This document shows, piece after piece, positions 36,804 to 46,228 of a stretch of 64,000 nucleotides of DNA (positions are counted from its first letter, which is position 1; the number at the start of each line of letters is the position of its first letter). The stretch is from Planctomycetota bacterium (GTDB lineage: Bacteria > Planctomycetota > UBA1135 > UBA2386). The notes under the pieces were generated by a model. That model saw nothing but the letters and a program-made list of their open reading frames with translations. It had not been told where the DNA came from and did not search any database. The stretch spans positions 576,001 to 640,000 of the forward strand of contig JBKAGP010000001.1 in assembly GCA_046290465.1 (NCBI GenBank). The letters run 5' to 3'. The position numbers and the translations under genes are program-made.

Positions 36804-38246
36804 CTACGGAGTAACGGTCAGCACCGTCGCGTTGCTCAGGAACAGCCGGAAGCCGTCGCCGCAGATCGCCTGCGCGGCCAGCGTGCCGATGGCAGCGGGC
36901 GTGTTGGGCACCGCGAACGGCTGCGTGTAGAACTGCGCCGCGTCGCTGAGGCCGGCGCCGAGCGCGACCACCTGGGTGGCGTCGATCTCGACCTGCCCGA
37001 ACGGCGGCAGCGCCACCGGCCCGGCGAGGCCGATCGACAGGAACACGCCGACCAGCTGGCCCGGCTGGTTGGTCGTCGCGAAGAAGTTGGTCGGGTTGCC
37101 GATGGCGACCGTCGCCGGCGACACCTGCAGCTCCGGGCCGCGCATCAGCGTCGCGCCGCGCGGCCGCAGGTTGCCGTTGGCGGCGACGGTGTCGTTGTAG
37201 ATCTCGGTCGCCTCGCCGGCGTCGAGCGCATCGCCGTCGCCGTTGAGGTCGCGCAGCACGACCAGCCGGTCCGGCGTCTGGTCCTCGCACAGCAGCACCG
37301 AACCGTCGTCGCGGATCACGACGTCCCACCAGGTCGACCCGGCGGTCTGGTAGTCGACGCCCTGTTCGGTCGCGTCGATGACGCCGTCGCCGTTGGCGTC
37401 GCGCGCGGTCCAGATGGTCTCGTTGCTGCTGTGGTCGCTCAGGTAGAAGCGGCCGTCGCGCGCGATCGCCATGCCGTAGTGGAACGGGCTGCTGGCACCG
37501 ATCGTCGACGTGTCCCAGAACAGGCTGCGTTCGCCCGGGTCGTTGCAGTCGCCGTCGAAGTTGGCGTCGGCGAGCCGGTAGACCCCCTTGGTGATCACGC
37601 CGGTGGCGCCGGCCTCGGTGTAGTAGAGGTTGAGGTCGGGGCCGGCGGCCAGCTCGCTCGGGATCGAGTCGCCGGTCGCGACCGAGCCGGGCACGGTGTG
37701 GTAGTCGATCGCCTCGCCCGGATCGAGCGCGTCGCCGTCGCCGTTCTGGTCCTCGAGGCGCACGATCAGGTCGACGCCGGTCGAGCCCGAGTTGGCGATC
37801 GCCAGGAACACGCGGCCGAGCAGGTCGACGTGCAGCCCCTGGATCGACGCCATCGCGATGCCGGCCGGGTTGCTGTCGTCGAAGAACACGCGGTGCTCAC
37901 CCGGGTCGTGGGCGTCGCCGTCGCCGTTGGCGTCGCGCATCGCCATCACGATGTCCGACGTCGAGTCACCGACGTAGACGGTGCCGTCGGGAGCCGCCGC
38001 GATGCACGACGGGTTGCCGAGCACCAGCGAACCGACGTTCTCGTCGTAGAACGGCAGCACCTCGCCGGCGTCGTTGAAGTCGCCGTCCTGGTTCCAGTCG
38101 ATGCAGCGCCAGATGCCGTCGTAGCTGGAGTCGGTGACCAGCAGATCGAGCGAACGGGCGTACGGAACGGCCGACGGGACCTGCGCGATCGCGGCGGCGG
38201 AGAGCGCGGCCGCGGTCAGCGGCGCGAGGATCTTATTGCGATGCAT
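36804..38246 (-). CDS. Secreted beta-propeller-like protein with six DxNxDG(D)xxD.GE Ca-binding-type loops and a C-terminal beta domain
   Basis: Signal peptide; repeats DWNQDGDFNDAGE, DANGDGDAHDPGE, DQNGDGDALDPGE, DANFDGDCNDPGE, DANGDGVIDATE, DLNGDGDALDAGE spaced ~55 aa apart. Confidence 0.8.
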   Translation of the reverse strand: MHRNKILAPLTAAALSAAAIAQVPSAVPYARSLDLLVTDSSYDGIWRCIDWNQDGDFNDAGEVLPFYDENVGSLVLGNPSCIAAAPDGTVYVGDSTSDIVMAMRDANGDGDAHDPGEHRVFFDDSNPAGIAMASIQGLHVDLLGRVFLAIANSGSTGVDLIVRLEDQNGDGDALDPGEAIDYHTVPGSVATGDSIPSELAAGPDLNLYYTEAGATGVITKGVYRLADANFDGDCNDPGERSLFWDTSTIGASSPFHYGMAIARDGRFYLSDHSSNETIWTARDANGDGVIDATEQGVDYQTAGSTWWDVVIRDDGSVLLCEDQTPDRLVVLRDLNGDGDALDAGEATEIYNDTVAANGNLRPRGATLMRGPELQVSPATVAIGNPTNFFATTNQPGQLVGVFLSIGLAGPVALPPFGQVEIDATQVVALGAGLSDAAQFYTQPFAVPNTPAAIGTLAAQAICGDGFRLFLSNATVLTVTP

Positions 38247-38335
38247 TCTCAACAAGCCTAGGGCTCGCCCGAGGCACCGCAAGGGGCCGAACGGCCCGTT
38301 CGAGAATCCTCACGCGCCGACCGGCGCACCGAAAG

Positions 38336-40642
38336 TCAGTTCTGCACGGTCGCGGTGCCGGCGTTCGACGTGACGATGTTGAGCGCGTTGACGGTTGGAT
38401 CCCAGATCAGCCACTGGTGGTAGAGCGTCAGGCCGACCAGGTTGGCCGCGTTGGGCACGACGATCGGGTAGCTGGCCTCGCCGTTGCCGTCGGTGATCAC
38501 AAGGTCGAGCGCCTCGGCCGCGACCAGCAGGTCACAGCCCGGCGCGTTCGGCAGTTCGAACGGCAGCGCGACGCCGTTGTAGCTGGTGTTGTCGAGGCCC
38601 GACGCCAGCAGCGCGAACGTGTTGTCGAGCGCGTCGCGGACCTTCGGCTGGTAGCTGCTGCCGAGCTGCGGCTGGCCGTCGAAGCCGAGCGCCGGCACCT
38701 TGCCGGTGGTCTGCGGCGTGCACAGCACCCGCCAGGCGGGGTTCTGCACCAGGCCGGACGCGGTCCAGCTGGAGGGGCCGTTGACCAGGTCGCGATACCA
38801 GCCGCCGCCCGACGAACCGGACGTCAGCGTGCTGATGTAGGCGTTCTGCGCCGAGGTGTCGAGGCCGAGGTAGAACGTGCCGGTCACCTGCACCGGCTGG
38901 TTCAGCACCGCGGTGTAGAAGCCCTGCGTGCTGCCGACCGTGATCGTCGCGGTTGCCGCAGCGGTCGCCGACGGCGCGCCGTTGGCGTCGAGGTAGAGCG
39001 CCGCCGGGACCTGCACGGTGCCGCCGGTCGAGCCGGTCCAGATCTCGAAGCCGGTGACCGTCAGCGTGTCGTTCTGCGCGACGGTGTAGCAGTATTCGTT
39101 GTCGCGGAGCTGGTTGGCGAGCGTGCCACCGCCGCCGTTGAGCTCGGGGCACGGGCCGACCGGGACCGGCACCGAGCCTTCGCAGCCGGCGCCGTAGAGC
39201 GAGAACGCGTCGGTCGCCAGCACGATGTCGTGCACGACCGGCTGGTCGTAGCTGGTGACGTTGACCTGGATCGAGGTCGGCACGTGGCCGGGAGCCTCGT
39301 AGGTCACGGTCCAGTTGCCGAGCGGCAGCCACAGGCCGTAGCGGCCGTCGCGGGCGCGGCTGCGGGTCTGCTCGCCGAGCGCGAACGTGGCGGGCGTGAA
39401 CGAGATGGTCGCCTCGAGCGGCACGTTGTTGGACGACGACGTGACGTGGCCGCGCACCGCCGGCCGCCAGGTCGTCAGCGCGTGCTGCACGCCGGGCCAG
39501 ACGCGCGCCTCCTCGGCGACGGTCAGCGCGAAGTCCGGCTGGAACGCGGTGCCGATCTCGATCAGGTACGACAGCGTGCCGCCCGACGACCAGTGGTCCT
39601 CGGGGGCTTCGCCCGACGCCGACGGGTCGCGCTTGCCGAACGTCATCGGCGCGCGCAGGTCGTCGCAGTAGTGTTCGATCAGCGCTGCCGTCGAAGCACT
39701 CACGTTGGCGCACGGCGCATAGGTGCGCAGCACTTCCTGTCCCGAACTGTGGAAGTCGATGTAGACCTCGGGGCGCAGCGTCGCGATCGCGTTGCGCATC
39801 GTGACCGTCTCGGGCTCGCTGCCCGCCGACGGGCCGCGGTAGATGTTGGACGTCTCGGTCGCCGACGAGCCGCAGTTGCCCCACAAGAACGGGTAGTTGC
39901 GGTTGAGGTCGACGCCGTAGCTGCCGCCTGCGTTGGCGCGGCGGTTCTTGCGCCAGAACTCGTCGACGTTCCAGACGTGGTCGACGCCGTCGGGGTTGAC
40001 CATCGGCACGAAGTACAGTTCGTAGCCGTCGACGACCGCCTGGATCGCCGGGTCGGTCGCGTAGGCGGCGAGCACGCGCTGCATCGCGCCGATCACCATG
40101 TGCGGCGAGTTGAGCTCGCGCGCGTGGTGCTGCGCGATCACGAAGATGGCCGGCTCGTCCTCGTCGCTGGCGACGTTGTCGCTGATCTTCAGCGCGTAGA
40201 TCGAGTTGCCGTCGTGGGTCTGCATGCCGCCCGGCAAGGCGCTCAGGTCGACCTTCTGCGCCAGCGTCGGGTTGCCGGCGACCTCGGCGTCGATCGCCGC
40301 CTCGATCTCGGCGACCGTGTAGTAGGCGTCGGGCGGCACGTCGATGCCGGCGGCGGCGACCGCCTGGTCGAACGTCTGCTGGAACGACCGCACCTGCCGC
40401 ACGTAGGTGGCGTTCGGCAGCAGCGACTGCACCAGGCCCTTCTGCGCGGCCTCGACGACGAACTCGGCGCTGCCGTCCTGAGGCATCGTGCCACAGCAAC
40501 TGCCCAGCGCGTCGAAGTGCTGCTGGATCATCAGCCACTGACCCGGGGTCGGGTTGGCCAGGGTGTAGAGACTACGCGGCGCCTGGGCGGCCGTACAAAC
40601 GGCGAGCGCCAGCGCGGCTGCGGCGGAGAGAGCGAGGTTCAT
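38336..40642 (-). CDS. Secreted zinc carboxypeptidase (M14 family) with C-terminal beta domains
   Basis: LKISDN, HHARE (HxxE), NPDG, WRKNR, GVDLNRNY, YRGP.AGSEPE, DFHS, IEIG. Confidence 0.9.
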   Translation of the reverse strand: MNLALSAAAALALAVCTAAQAPRSLYTLANPTPGQWLMIQQHFDALGSCCGTMPQDGSAEFVVEAAQKGLVQSLLPNATYVRQVRSFQQTFDQAVAAAGIDVPPDAYYTVAEIEAAIDAEVAGNPTLAQKVDLSALPGGMQTHDGNSIYALKISDNVASDEDEPAIFVIAQHHARELNSPHMVIGAMQRVLAAYATDPAIQAVVDGYELYFVPMVNPDGVDHVWNVDEFWRKNRRANAGGSYGVDLNRNYPFLWGNCGSSATETSNIYRGPSAGSEPETVTMRNAIATLRPEVYIDFHSSGQEVLRTYAPCANVSASTAALIEHYCDDLRAPMTFGKRDPSASGEAPEDHWSSGGTLSYLIEIGTAFQPDFALTVAEEARVWPGVQHALTTWRPAVRGHVTSSSNNVPLEATISFTPATFALGEQTRSRARDGRYGLWLPLGNWTVTYEAPGHVPTSIQVNVTSYDQPVVHDIVLATDAFSLYGAGCEGSVPVPVGPCPELNGGGGTLANQLRDNEYCYTVAQNDTLTVTGFEIWTGSTGGTVQVPAALYLDANGAPSATAAATATITVGSTQGFYTAVLNQPVQVTGTFYLGLDTSAQNAYISTLTSGSSGGGWYRDLVNGPSSWTASGLVQNPAWRVLCTPQTTGKVPALGFDGQPQLGSSYQPKVRDALDNTFALLASGLDNTSYNGVALPFELPNAPGCDLLVAAEALDLVITDGNGEASYPIVVPNAANLVGLTLYHQWLIWDPTVNALNIVTSNAGTATVQN

Positions 40643-40735
40643 GGCAGTCTGGAGGGCAGACAGGACATGATAGCTCGCGGCAGCCCGGCGGGGACAAGCG
40701 CCGGCATTCGTTTGCGCGCCGCGAAGACGCCGTTG

Positions 40736-41851
40736 TTACTGGCGCTTGCGCCAGGCGGCGAGCAGCTCGGCTTCGCGTTCGGCCGACATCCCGGCGCGCC
40801 AGGGCCCGTCGCCGCGGCCGTCCTGCACCCAGGCGGCGGTGTCGGCGAGCGTCTGGGCGATCGGGCGGAACGTCAGTCCGGCCTGCATCGCGCGCCGGTT
40901 GTCGGCGTAGCCGTTGCGCTTCGCCGGCATCCACGCCGGCATCTGGCCCCACGGCGTCACCTCGTGCTCCTCGAGGAAGGCGTCGTCGACCCACGTGAAC
41001 GAACAGCGGTGGTTGATCGAGCCCTTGCCGGTGTGCAGGAACTCCGCCATCGAGATGCGCGCGTCGAAACCGGTCGCGTTGAACGGACCGTAGCTGCCGT
41101 CCTCGATCAGCTTGACGATCCAGGCACCGAGGTCGCGCACGTCGACGAACTGCGTGAACTGGTCGCGGTCGCCGGGCGCCAGGATCTCGCCGCCGCGCAG
41201 CAAGCGCTTGGGCCAGTAGGTCCAGCGGTCGGTCTTGTCGCCGGGGCCGACGATGTAGCCCGGCCGCACCTTGGTGGTCCGGCCCGGGAACGCCGCTTCG
41301 GCCGCGTCCTCGCCGTAGCGCTTCAGGGCGCCGTAGCGTTCGAAGTTCTTGCCGAGGTCGGTGGTGTACTTGTCCTCGCAGGTCGCCAGCGCCGCGTCCT
41401 CGGTGATCGTGTCGGCGTTCTCGCCGAGCGCCGGGTAGACCGACAGCGAACTGATGAACACGTACTGGCCGACGCGCCCCTGCAGCACCTTGGCGACGTC
41501 CTCGACCTCGCCGGTGAAGTAGGCGCTGGTGTCGACGACGGCGTCCCATTCGCCCCGTTCGAGCGCGCTCAGGTCCTGCGCCGGGTCGCTGCTGCCGGGC
41601 CGCGGCCGGCGGCGCTGGCCCTTGCGCTTGTCGACCTCGGGGAACAGGTGCGGATTGGAGCGGCCGCGGTTGAACAGCGTGAACGTGTGGCCGCGCTCCA
41701 GGCCGGCGCGCACGATGGCCGGGCCGAGCCAGCCGGTGCCGCCGAGCATCAGGATACGCTTGGGCTGGGTGAGGCGGAACGGCACGTAGAGGGCGCCGGC
41801 GGCGGCCGCGGACGTGCCGAGGAACGAGCGACGGGTCATCGGGACGGGCAT
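40736..41851 (-). CDS. Tat-exported NAD-dependent epimerase/dehydratase family protein
   Basis: TRRSFL Tat motif; LGGTGWLG, FNRG, YVFISS.SVY, YGALK, RPGYIVGP.D.TDR.TYW; alternative start at 41839. Confidence 0.87.
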   Translation of the reverse strand: MPVPMTRRSFLGTSAAAAGALYVPFRLTQPKRILMLGGTGWLGPAIVRAGLERGHTFTLFNRGRSNPHLFPEVDKRKGQRRRPRPGSSDPAQDLSALERGEWDAVVDTSAYFTGEVEDVAKVLQGRVGQYVFISSLSVYPALGENADTITEDAALATCEDKYTTDLGKNFERYGALKRYGEDAAEAAFPGRTTKVRPGYIVGPGDKTDRWTYWPKRLLRGGEILAPGDRDQFTQFVDVRDLGAWIVKLIEDGSYGPFNATGFDARISMAEFLHTGKGSINHRCSFTWVDDAFLEEHEVTPWGQMPAWMPAKRNGYADNRRAMQAGLTFRPIAQTLADTAAWVQDGRGDGPWRAGMSAEREAELLAAWRKRQ

Positions 41852-41955
41852 GGCCGTGATACGTCGCGTCCGGACCGCCGGTGAGAAGGCAATCTCCGCA
41901 ACTCGCGACAGGCTCTGGGTTCGTGGAAAGTTCGCCGTAGAATCCCCGGTCCTCC

Positions 41956-43428
41956 ATGACCGAGCCGAAGTACCACCTGACGAGCTATGGCTGCCAGATG
42001 AACAAGCTGGACAGCGAGCTGGTCGAGACCAAGCTGCAGCAACGCGGTTACGTTCCCGCAGATGCGGAAGCGGACGCCGACGTCGTCCTGATCAACACCT
42101 GCTCGGTGCGCCAGCACGCCGAGGACCGGGTCTGGTCGAAGCTGGGCAAGCTTAGGGTGCGCAAGCGCACCGAACCGGAGCTGGTGGTCGGGGTGCTCGG
42201 CTGCATGGCCCAGGAGCACAAGCGCTACATGCTGTCGCGCATGCCGCACGTCGACCTGGTGGTCGGCCCGTCGGCGTTCGGCGACATCGACGACACGGTC
42301 GAGCAGGCGCGCTCGAAGAACTCCGAGCTGGCCCGGGAGCGCGAGCCGGCCAGGACCCGCCACGACGTCGTCGGGGCCGGCATGCTGAGCGTCGACCATG
42401 GCGTCAGCGGCGACCGCATCACCCGCAACGTCAAGGTCCGGCCGCACCAGAGCCAGGCCTACATGTCGATCATGCGCGGCTGCAACATGCCGTGCAGCTA
42501 CTGCATCGTGCCGACCACGCGCGGCGACGAGATCTCGCGGCCGATCGCGGACCTCGTCGACGAGGCCAACCGGCTGTGCGACGACGGCGTCACCGAGATC
42601 ACGCTGCTCGGCCAGACGGTCAACGCCTACGGCCGCGACCTGAAGGGGCAGAACGCCAACCTGTCGCGGCTCCTGCGCGAGCTGCACGAGATCCCGGCGC
42701 TGCGGCGGCTGGCGTTCATCACCTCGCACCCGAACTTCTTGAGCCCGGACCTGATCGACGCGATGGCCGAGCTGCCGAAGGTCGCGCGCTTCCTGCACCT
42801 GCCGGCGCAGTCGGGCAGCAACGCGGTGCTCAAGGCGATGCGCCGCGGCTACACCGTCGAGCGCTACCGAAAGCGCATCGAGCAGCTGTGGGCCAAGGCT
42901 CCCGACATCGAGCTGCACAGCGACTGGATCGTCGGCTACCCGGGTGAGACCGAGGCCGACTTCGACCAGACGGTGCAGTTCTGCAAGGACATCGGCTTCG
43001 CGCAGAGCTACGTGTTCAAGTACTCGCCGCGCCCGGGCACGCGGTCGAGCGAGCTCGTCGACGACGTGCCGACCGCCGAGAAGGAGCGCCGCAACCAGGT
43101 GCTGCTGGCGGTGCAGGAAGAGCTGACCGCCGCCAAGAACCGCGCGCTGGTCGGCCAGACCGTCGAGGTGCTGGTCGAGGGCGAGAGCAAGGTCGCCGGC
43201 CGGCTGACCGGCCGCACCGCGCAGCACCGGCTGGTGCACTTCGAGAGCGGCGACCGCGAGCTGGTCGGCCAGTACGTGCCGGTGCGCGTCACCGAGGCGC
43301 TGGCGCATTCGTGCGTCGGCGAACTGCAGCCGCACGATGCGGCCCAGCAGAGTGCTGCCGATCAGGGTGCCGCCGATCAGGGTGCGCACGATCGCGACGA
43401 AGCATCGCCGAGCGGGGTCCCTCAGTGA
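41956..43428 (+). CDS. miaB: tRNA-2-methylthio-N6-dimethylallyladenosine synthase
   Basis: YGCQMN, INTCSVR..AE, GCMAQ, radical-SAM CNMPCSYC, LLGQTVNAYG, TSHP, QSGS, YSPRPGT, C-terminal TRAM domain. Confidence 0.95.
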   Translation: MTEPKYHLTSYGCQMNKLDSELVETKLQQRGYVPADAEADADVVLINTCSVRQHAEDRVWSKLGKLRVRKRTEPELVVGVLGCMAQEHKRYMLSRMPHVDLVVGPSAFGDIDDTVEQARSKNSELAREREPARTRHDVVGAGMLSVDHGVSGDRITRNVKVRPHQSQAYMSIMRGCNMPCSYCIVPTTRGDEISRPIADLVDEANRLCDDGVTEITLLGQTVNAYGRDLKGQNANLSRLLRELHEIPALRRLAFITSHPNFLSPDLIDAMAELPKVARFLHLPAQSGSNAVLKAMRRGYTVERYRKRIEQLWAKAPDIELHSDWIVGYPGETEADFDQTVQFCKDIGFAQSYVFKYSPRPGTRSSELVDDVPTAEKERRNQVLLAVQEELTAAKNRALVGQTVEVLVEGESKVAGRLTGRTAQHRLVHFESGDRELVGQYVPVRVTEALAHSCVGELQPHDAAQQSAADQGAADQGAHDRDEASPSGVPQ

Positions 43429-43441
43429 GCGGGGTGGCCCG

Positions 43442-44554
43442 GTGAGCGGCGAAGACGCGTTGATGCGCGAGGCGCTCGAGCTGGCCGACCGCGGTCGGTT
43501 CGAGGTCGAGCCGAACCCGCGCGTGGGCTGCCTGCTGCTCAGGGACGGCGAGGTGGTCGCGCGCGGCTGGCACGAGTACTTCGGGGGCCGCCACGCCGAG
43601 GCGATGGCACTCGACGAGCTGCGCAGCAAGGGGCTGACCGCCGACACTGCGGTGGTCACGCTCGAGCCGTGCTCGACCGAGAAGGGCGCCGACGGCAAGA
43701 AGACCCCGCCGTGCGCGCAGGCGCTGGTCGCGGCCGGCGTGCAGCGCGTCGTGATCGGCGCCGTCGATCCCGATCCGCGCCACCGGCGCGCCGGCATCGA
43801 CCTGCTCGAGGAGGCCGGCGTCGACGTGCTCGACGGCGTGCTGGCGACGCAGTGCGACGAACTCTACGTGCCGTTCCGCAAGGCGCTGAAGCTCGATCGG
43901 CCGTGGATGCTGTGCAAGTGGGCGATGACCCTCGACGGCAAGACCGCGGCGCCGACCGGCGAGGCGCGCTGGATCAGCGGGCCGGAGGCGCGCAAGAAGA
44001 CCCACGAGCTGCGCGCGCACTGCGATGGCGTGATGGTCGGCTTCCGCACCGCGCAGATCGACGACCCCGAGCTGACCGTTCGCCACGTCGAGGGCGAGCA
44101 GCCGGTGCGCATCGTGATCGATCCGCTGGGCGAGATCGACGACGACAGCAACCTGGTGCGCACCGCGCACGACGCGCCGACCTGGCTGCTGGCCAGCGAG
44201 GACGTCGACCCGGTGCGCAGCGGCCACCTGCAGGACCTCGGCGTGCAGGTGCTGCACATCCCGACGGCCGAGGGGCCGCGCCGCCTGCACCTCGGTCGTG
44301 CCTTCAAGGAGCTGCGCCGCCGCGGCCTGCGCCGCATCCTGGTCGAGGGCGGCGGCGGCCTGGTCGCCCAGATGTTCGCCTGGAACGCCGTCGACCAGGT
44401 GCTCGCCTTCGTCGCCCCGAAGATCATCGGCGGCCAGGGCGCCCCGACCCCGGTCGGCGGCGACGGCCGCCCGTTCATGGCCGAAGCCTGGCAACTCTCC
44501 GACGTTCGCATGCAGACCTACGGCGACGACATGGCCATCGCCGGCTTCGTCTAA
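43442..44554 (+). CDS. ribD: Bifunctional riboflavin biosynthesis deaminase/reductase
   Basis: PNPRVG, HAE, TLEPC...KTPPC, KWAMTLDGK, WISG..AR, DDPELTVR, VEGGG, APKIIGG; GTG start at 43442. Confidence 0.95.
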   Translation: MSGEDALMREALELADRGRFEVEPNPRVGCLLLRDGEVVARGWHEYFGGRHAEAMALDELRSKGLTADTAVVTLEPCSTEKGADGKKTPPCAQALVAAGVQRVVIGAVDPDPRHRRAGIDLLEEAGVDVLDGVLATQCDELYVPFRKALKLDRPWMLCKWAMTLDGKTAAPTGEARWISGPEARKKTHELRAHCDGVMVGFRTAQIDDPELTVRHVEGEQPVRIVIDPLGEIDDDSNLVRTAHDAPTWLLASEDVDPVRSGHLQDLGVQVLHIPTAEGPRRLHLGRAFKELRRRGLRRILVEGGGGLVAQMFAWNAVDQVLAFVAPKIIGGQGAPTPVGGDGRPFMAEAWQLSDVRMQTYGDDMAIAGFV

Positions 44555-44565
44555 CCAGAACGACC

Positions 44566-44630
44566 GCCAACCGACCGCATGCGCCGCGAAGCGGCGCAGG
44601 ATGAACCCGGTTCGGTATGCGGTGGTTGGC
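44566..44630. repeat. Palindromic element, copy A (GCGAAGC-loop hairpin; attC/REP-like)
   Basis: gccaaccgaccgcat...gcgccgc-GAA-gcggcgcaggatgaacccggttcggtatgcggtggttggc. Confidence 0.75.
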
Positions 44631-44683
44631 CTGCAAGGCTGGTCCGGCCCCCAGGGTTGGTTCCCGGAGCAAGGCCTAGGGAC

Positions 44684-46057
44684 TCAATTGCCGATGATGC
44701 CTAGCGCGCCGTTGGATGTGCTGAACCCTGCGGGGGGCAGCAAAGACGCTGCCGTGGCCTGCGCGGCGATCGAACTGCCGATGAGGGCCGCCGACGGCGG
44801 CACCGCAATGGACAAGGTGCTGACCCCGCTGGCCGCGGGCGCGAGCAAGACGTCGATGACGTTCGTGAGGTAGGCGGAGCAGCCCGGCAAACCAGCAAAC
44901 GTCAGGTCGACGCCGCCCGGGATCGCGTTGTCGCCGAACCAGAAGAGGCATGATGGCGACGTCGGTTCGATGAACTGGGCTTGGAAATCCCAGGGGTGGC
45001 CCAGTCGGGGAGTCGTCGCAGCGAGCCGGAGGCCCGGAGCCGCACCGCAGCCGTTGCCGAACGCCACGAGAGATGCATCGTCAGGATCCGGCGCATACTC
45101 CCATGTGGTTCCCAGCCTGCTTCCGTCATAGCCACCGAAGACCACTGCCAGCCTTCGAGCTTCGTCGAATGCGAGCATGATCCGTTCGCGCTGGCCAGGC
45201 GTGGCTGCAGGGATGACCTGTTGCCAGGAGTTGCCATCGAACTCCCAGGTGTCATCGGCATACCCGAAGTTCACGGTTCCGCCGTAGACGATGGTCTTCT
45301 GACGGAACGGGTCGTAGCTCATGCCGTGGGCATAGCGCGGCGGGGGCGACTGGCTCGGCTGTAGTTGGGACCAGGACAGGCCATCCCACGACCAACTCTC
45401 GTTGTGCGAGGTCGCGCCATTGCACGGTGCGGCATCACATCGGCCGCCGTGCAGGAGGATCGCTCCAGCGGAGCGATCGAAGACCATGCCACACTCACTC
45501 GTTGCCGTCGGCGCGGGTCCGGTCGGGTTGCGCAGGGTCCAGTCTTGCCCGTCGTACTCCCAGGTCTCGCGCCAGCTGCCTGGTGAATATCCGCCATAGA
45601 GAACGCACACACCGCGCAACTCGTCATAGGCCATCGACGCGCTGTATCGCGGGTCGGGTGCCGTAGGAGTCGACACCTGAGTCCACGTGGTTCCATCCCA
45701 CTCCCAGGTGTCATTGGACGATGCGTTGGCCGAGGTGTAGCCGCCGAACATCACCACAACCTGACGGGCGGAGTCGTAGCAGATCGCTGGCCGAACTCGG
45801 CCGTCGGGGCCATTCGCCTGCACGTGTTGCGTCCAGTCGGAGCCATCCCACAGCCACGTCTCCGAAGAGTAGATGGATGCGCCGCCGGCGTTGCCGCCGA
45901 ACAGGACGCAGCTTCCGCGCGCCGCGTCGTAGGCCATGCCGTAGACCATGCGCGGTGATGGAGATGTGGCCGGGATTGCCTGGACCCAGGTCGCCTGGGA
46001 GAGCAAGGCAGTGCCGTAGGATGCAGTGACCAGGGCAAAGGCGAGGAAGCGCTTCAT
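44684..46057 (-). CDS. Secreted Kelch-repeat beta-propeller protein, compositionally atypical
   Basis: Signal peptide MKRFLAFALV; six repeats P..R....M.YD..R...VLFGG......TW.WDG..W; C-terminal FGNGC...PGC...Q...SN domain; visibly more A/T-ending codons than neighbours. Confidence 0.88.
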   Translation of the reverse strand: MKRFLAFALVTASYGTALLSQATWVQAIPATSPSPRMVYGMAYDAARGSCVLFGGNAGGASIYSSETWLWDGSDWTQHVQANGPDGRVRPAICYDSARQVVVMFGGYTSANASSNDTWEWDGTTWTQVSTPTAPDPRYSASMAYDELRGVCVLYGGYSPGSWRETWEYDGQDWTLRNPTGPAPTATSECGMVFDRSAGAILLHGGRCDAAPCNGATSHNESWSWDGLSWSQLQPSQSPPPRYAHGMSYDPFRQKTIVYGGTVNFGYADDTWEFDGNSWQQVIPAATPGQRERIMLAFDEARRLAVVFGGYDGSRLGTTWEYAPDPDDASLVAFGNGCGAAPGLRLAATTPRLGHPWDFQAQFIEPTSPSCLFWFGDNAIPGGVDLTFAGLPGCSAYLTNVIDVLLAPAASGVSTLSIAVPPSAALIGSSIAAQATAASLLPPAGFSTSNGALGIIGN

Positions 46058-46124
46058 GGCAACCAAGCTAGCACCAGGTTCTCGGCTGCACCAAGCGGTT
46101 GGGAGCCATGCTCCGAGTCTCTTC

Positions 46125-46203
46125 CGAACCACCGCATACCGAACCGGTTCATCCTGCGCCGCGAAGCGGCGCAGGATGAAGCGGGTTCCTTACGCGTGGG
46201 TCG
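46125..46203. repeat. Palindromic element, copy B (GCGAAGC-loop hairpin)
   Basis: cgaaccaccgcataccgaaccggttcatcctgcgccgc-GAA-gcggcgcaggatgaagcgggttccttacgcgtgggtcg; the inner arm is the reverse complement of copy A's inner arm except for one indel. Confidence 0.75.
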
Positions 46204-46228
46204 CCCTGCGGCGTCATGCCCTACGGCG

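Noticed and set aside
44566..46203. Canonical integron
   Set aside because: No integrase or attI site is in the window, and the R and L boxes deviate from the attC consensus. I kept it only as a cassette-like finding.
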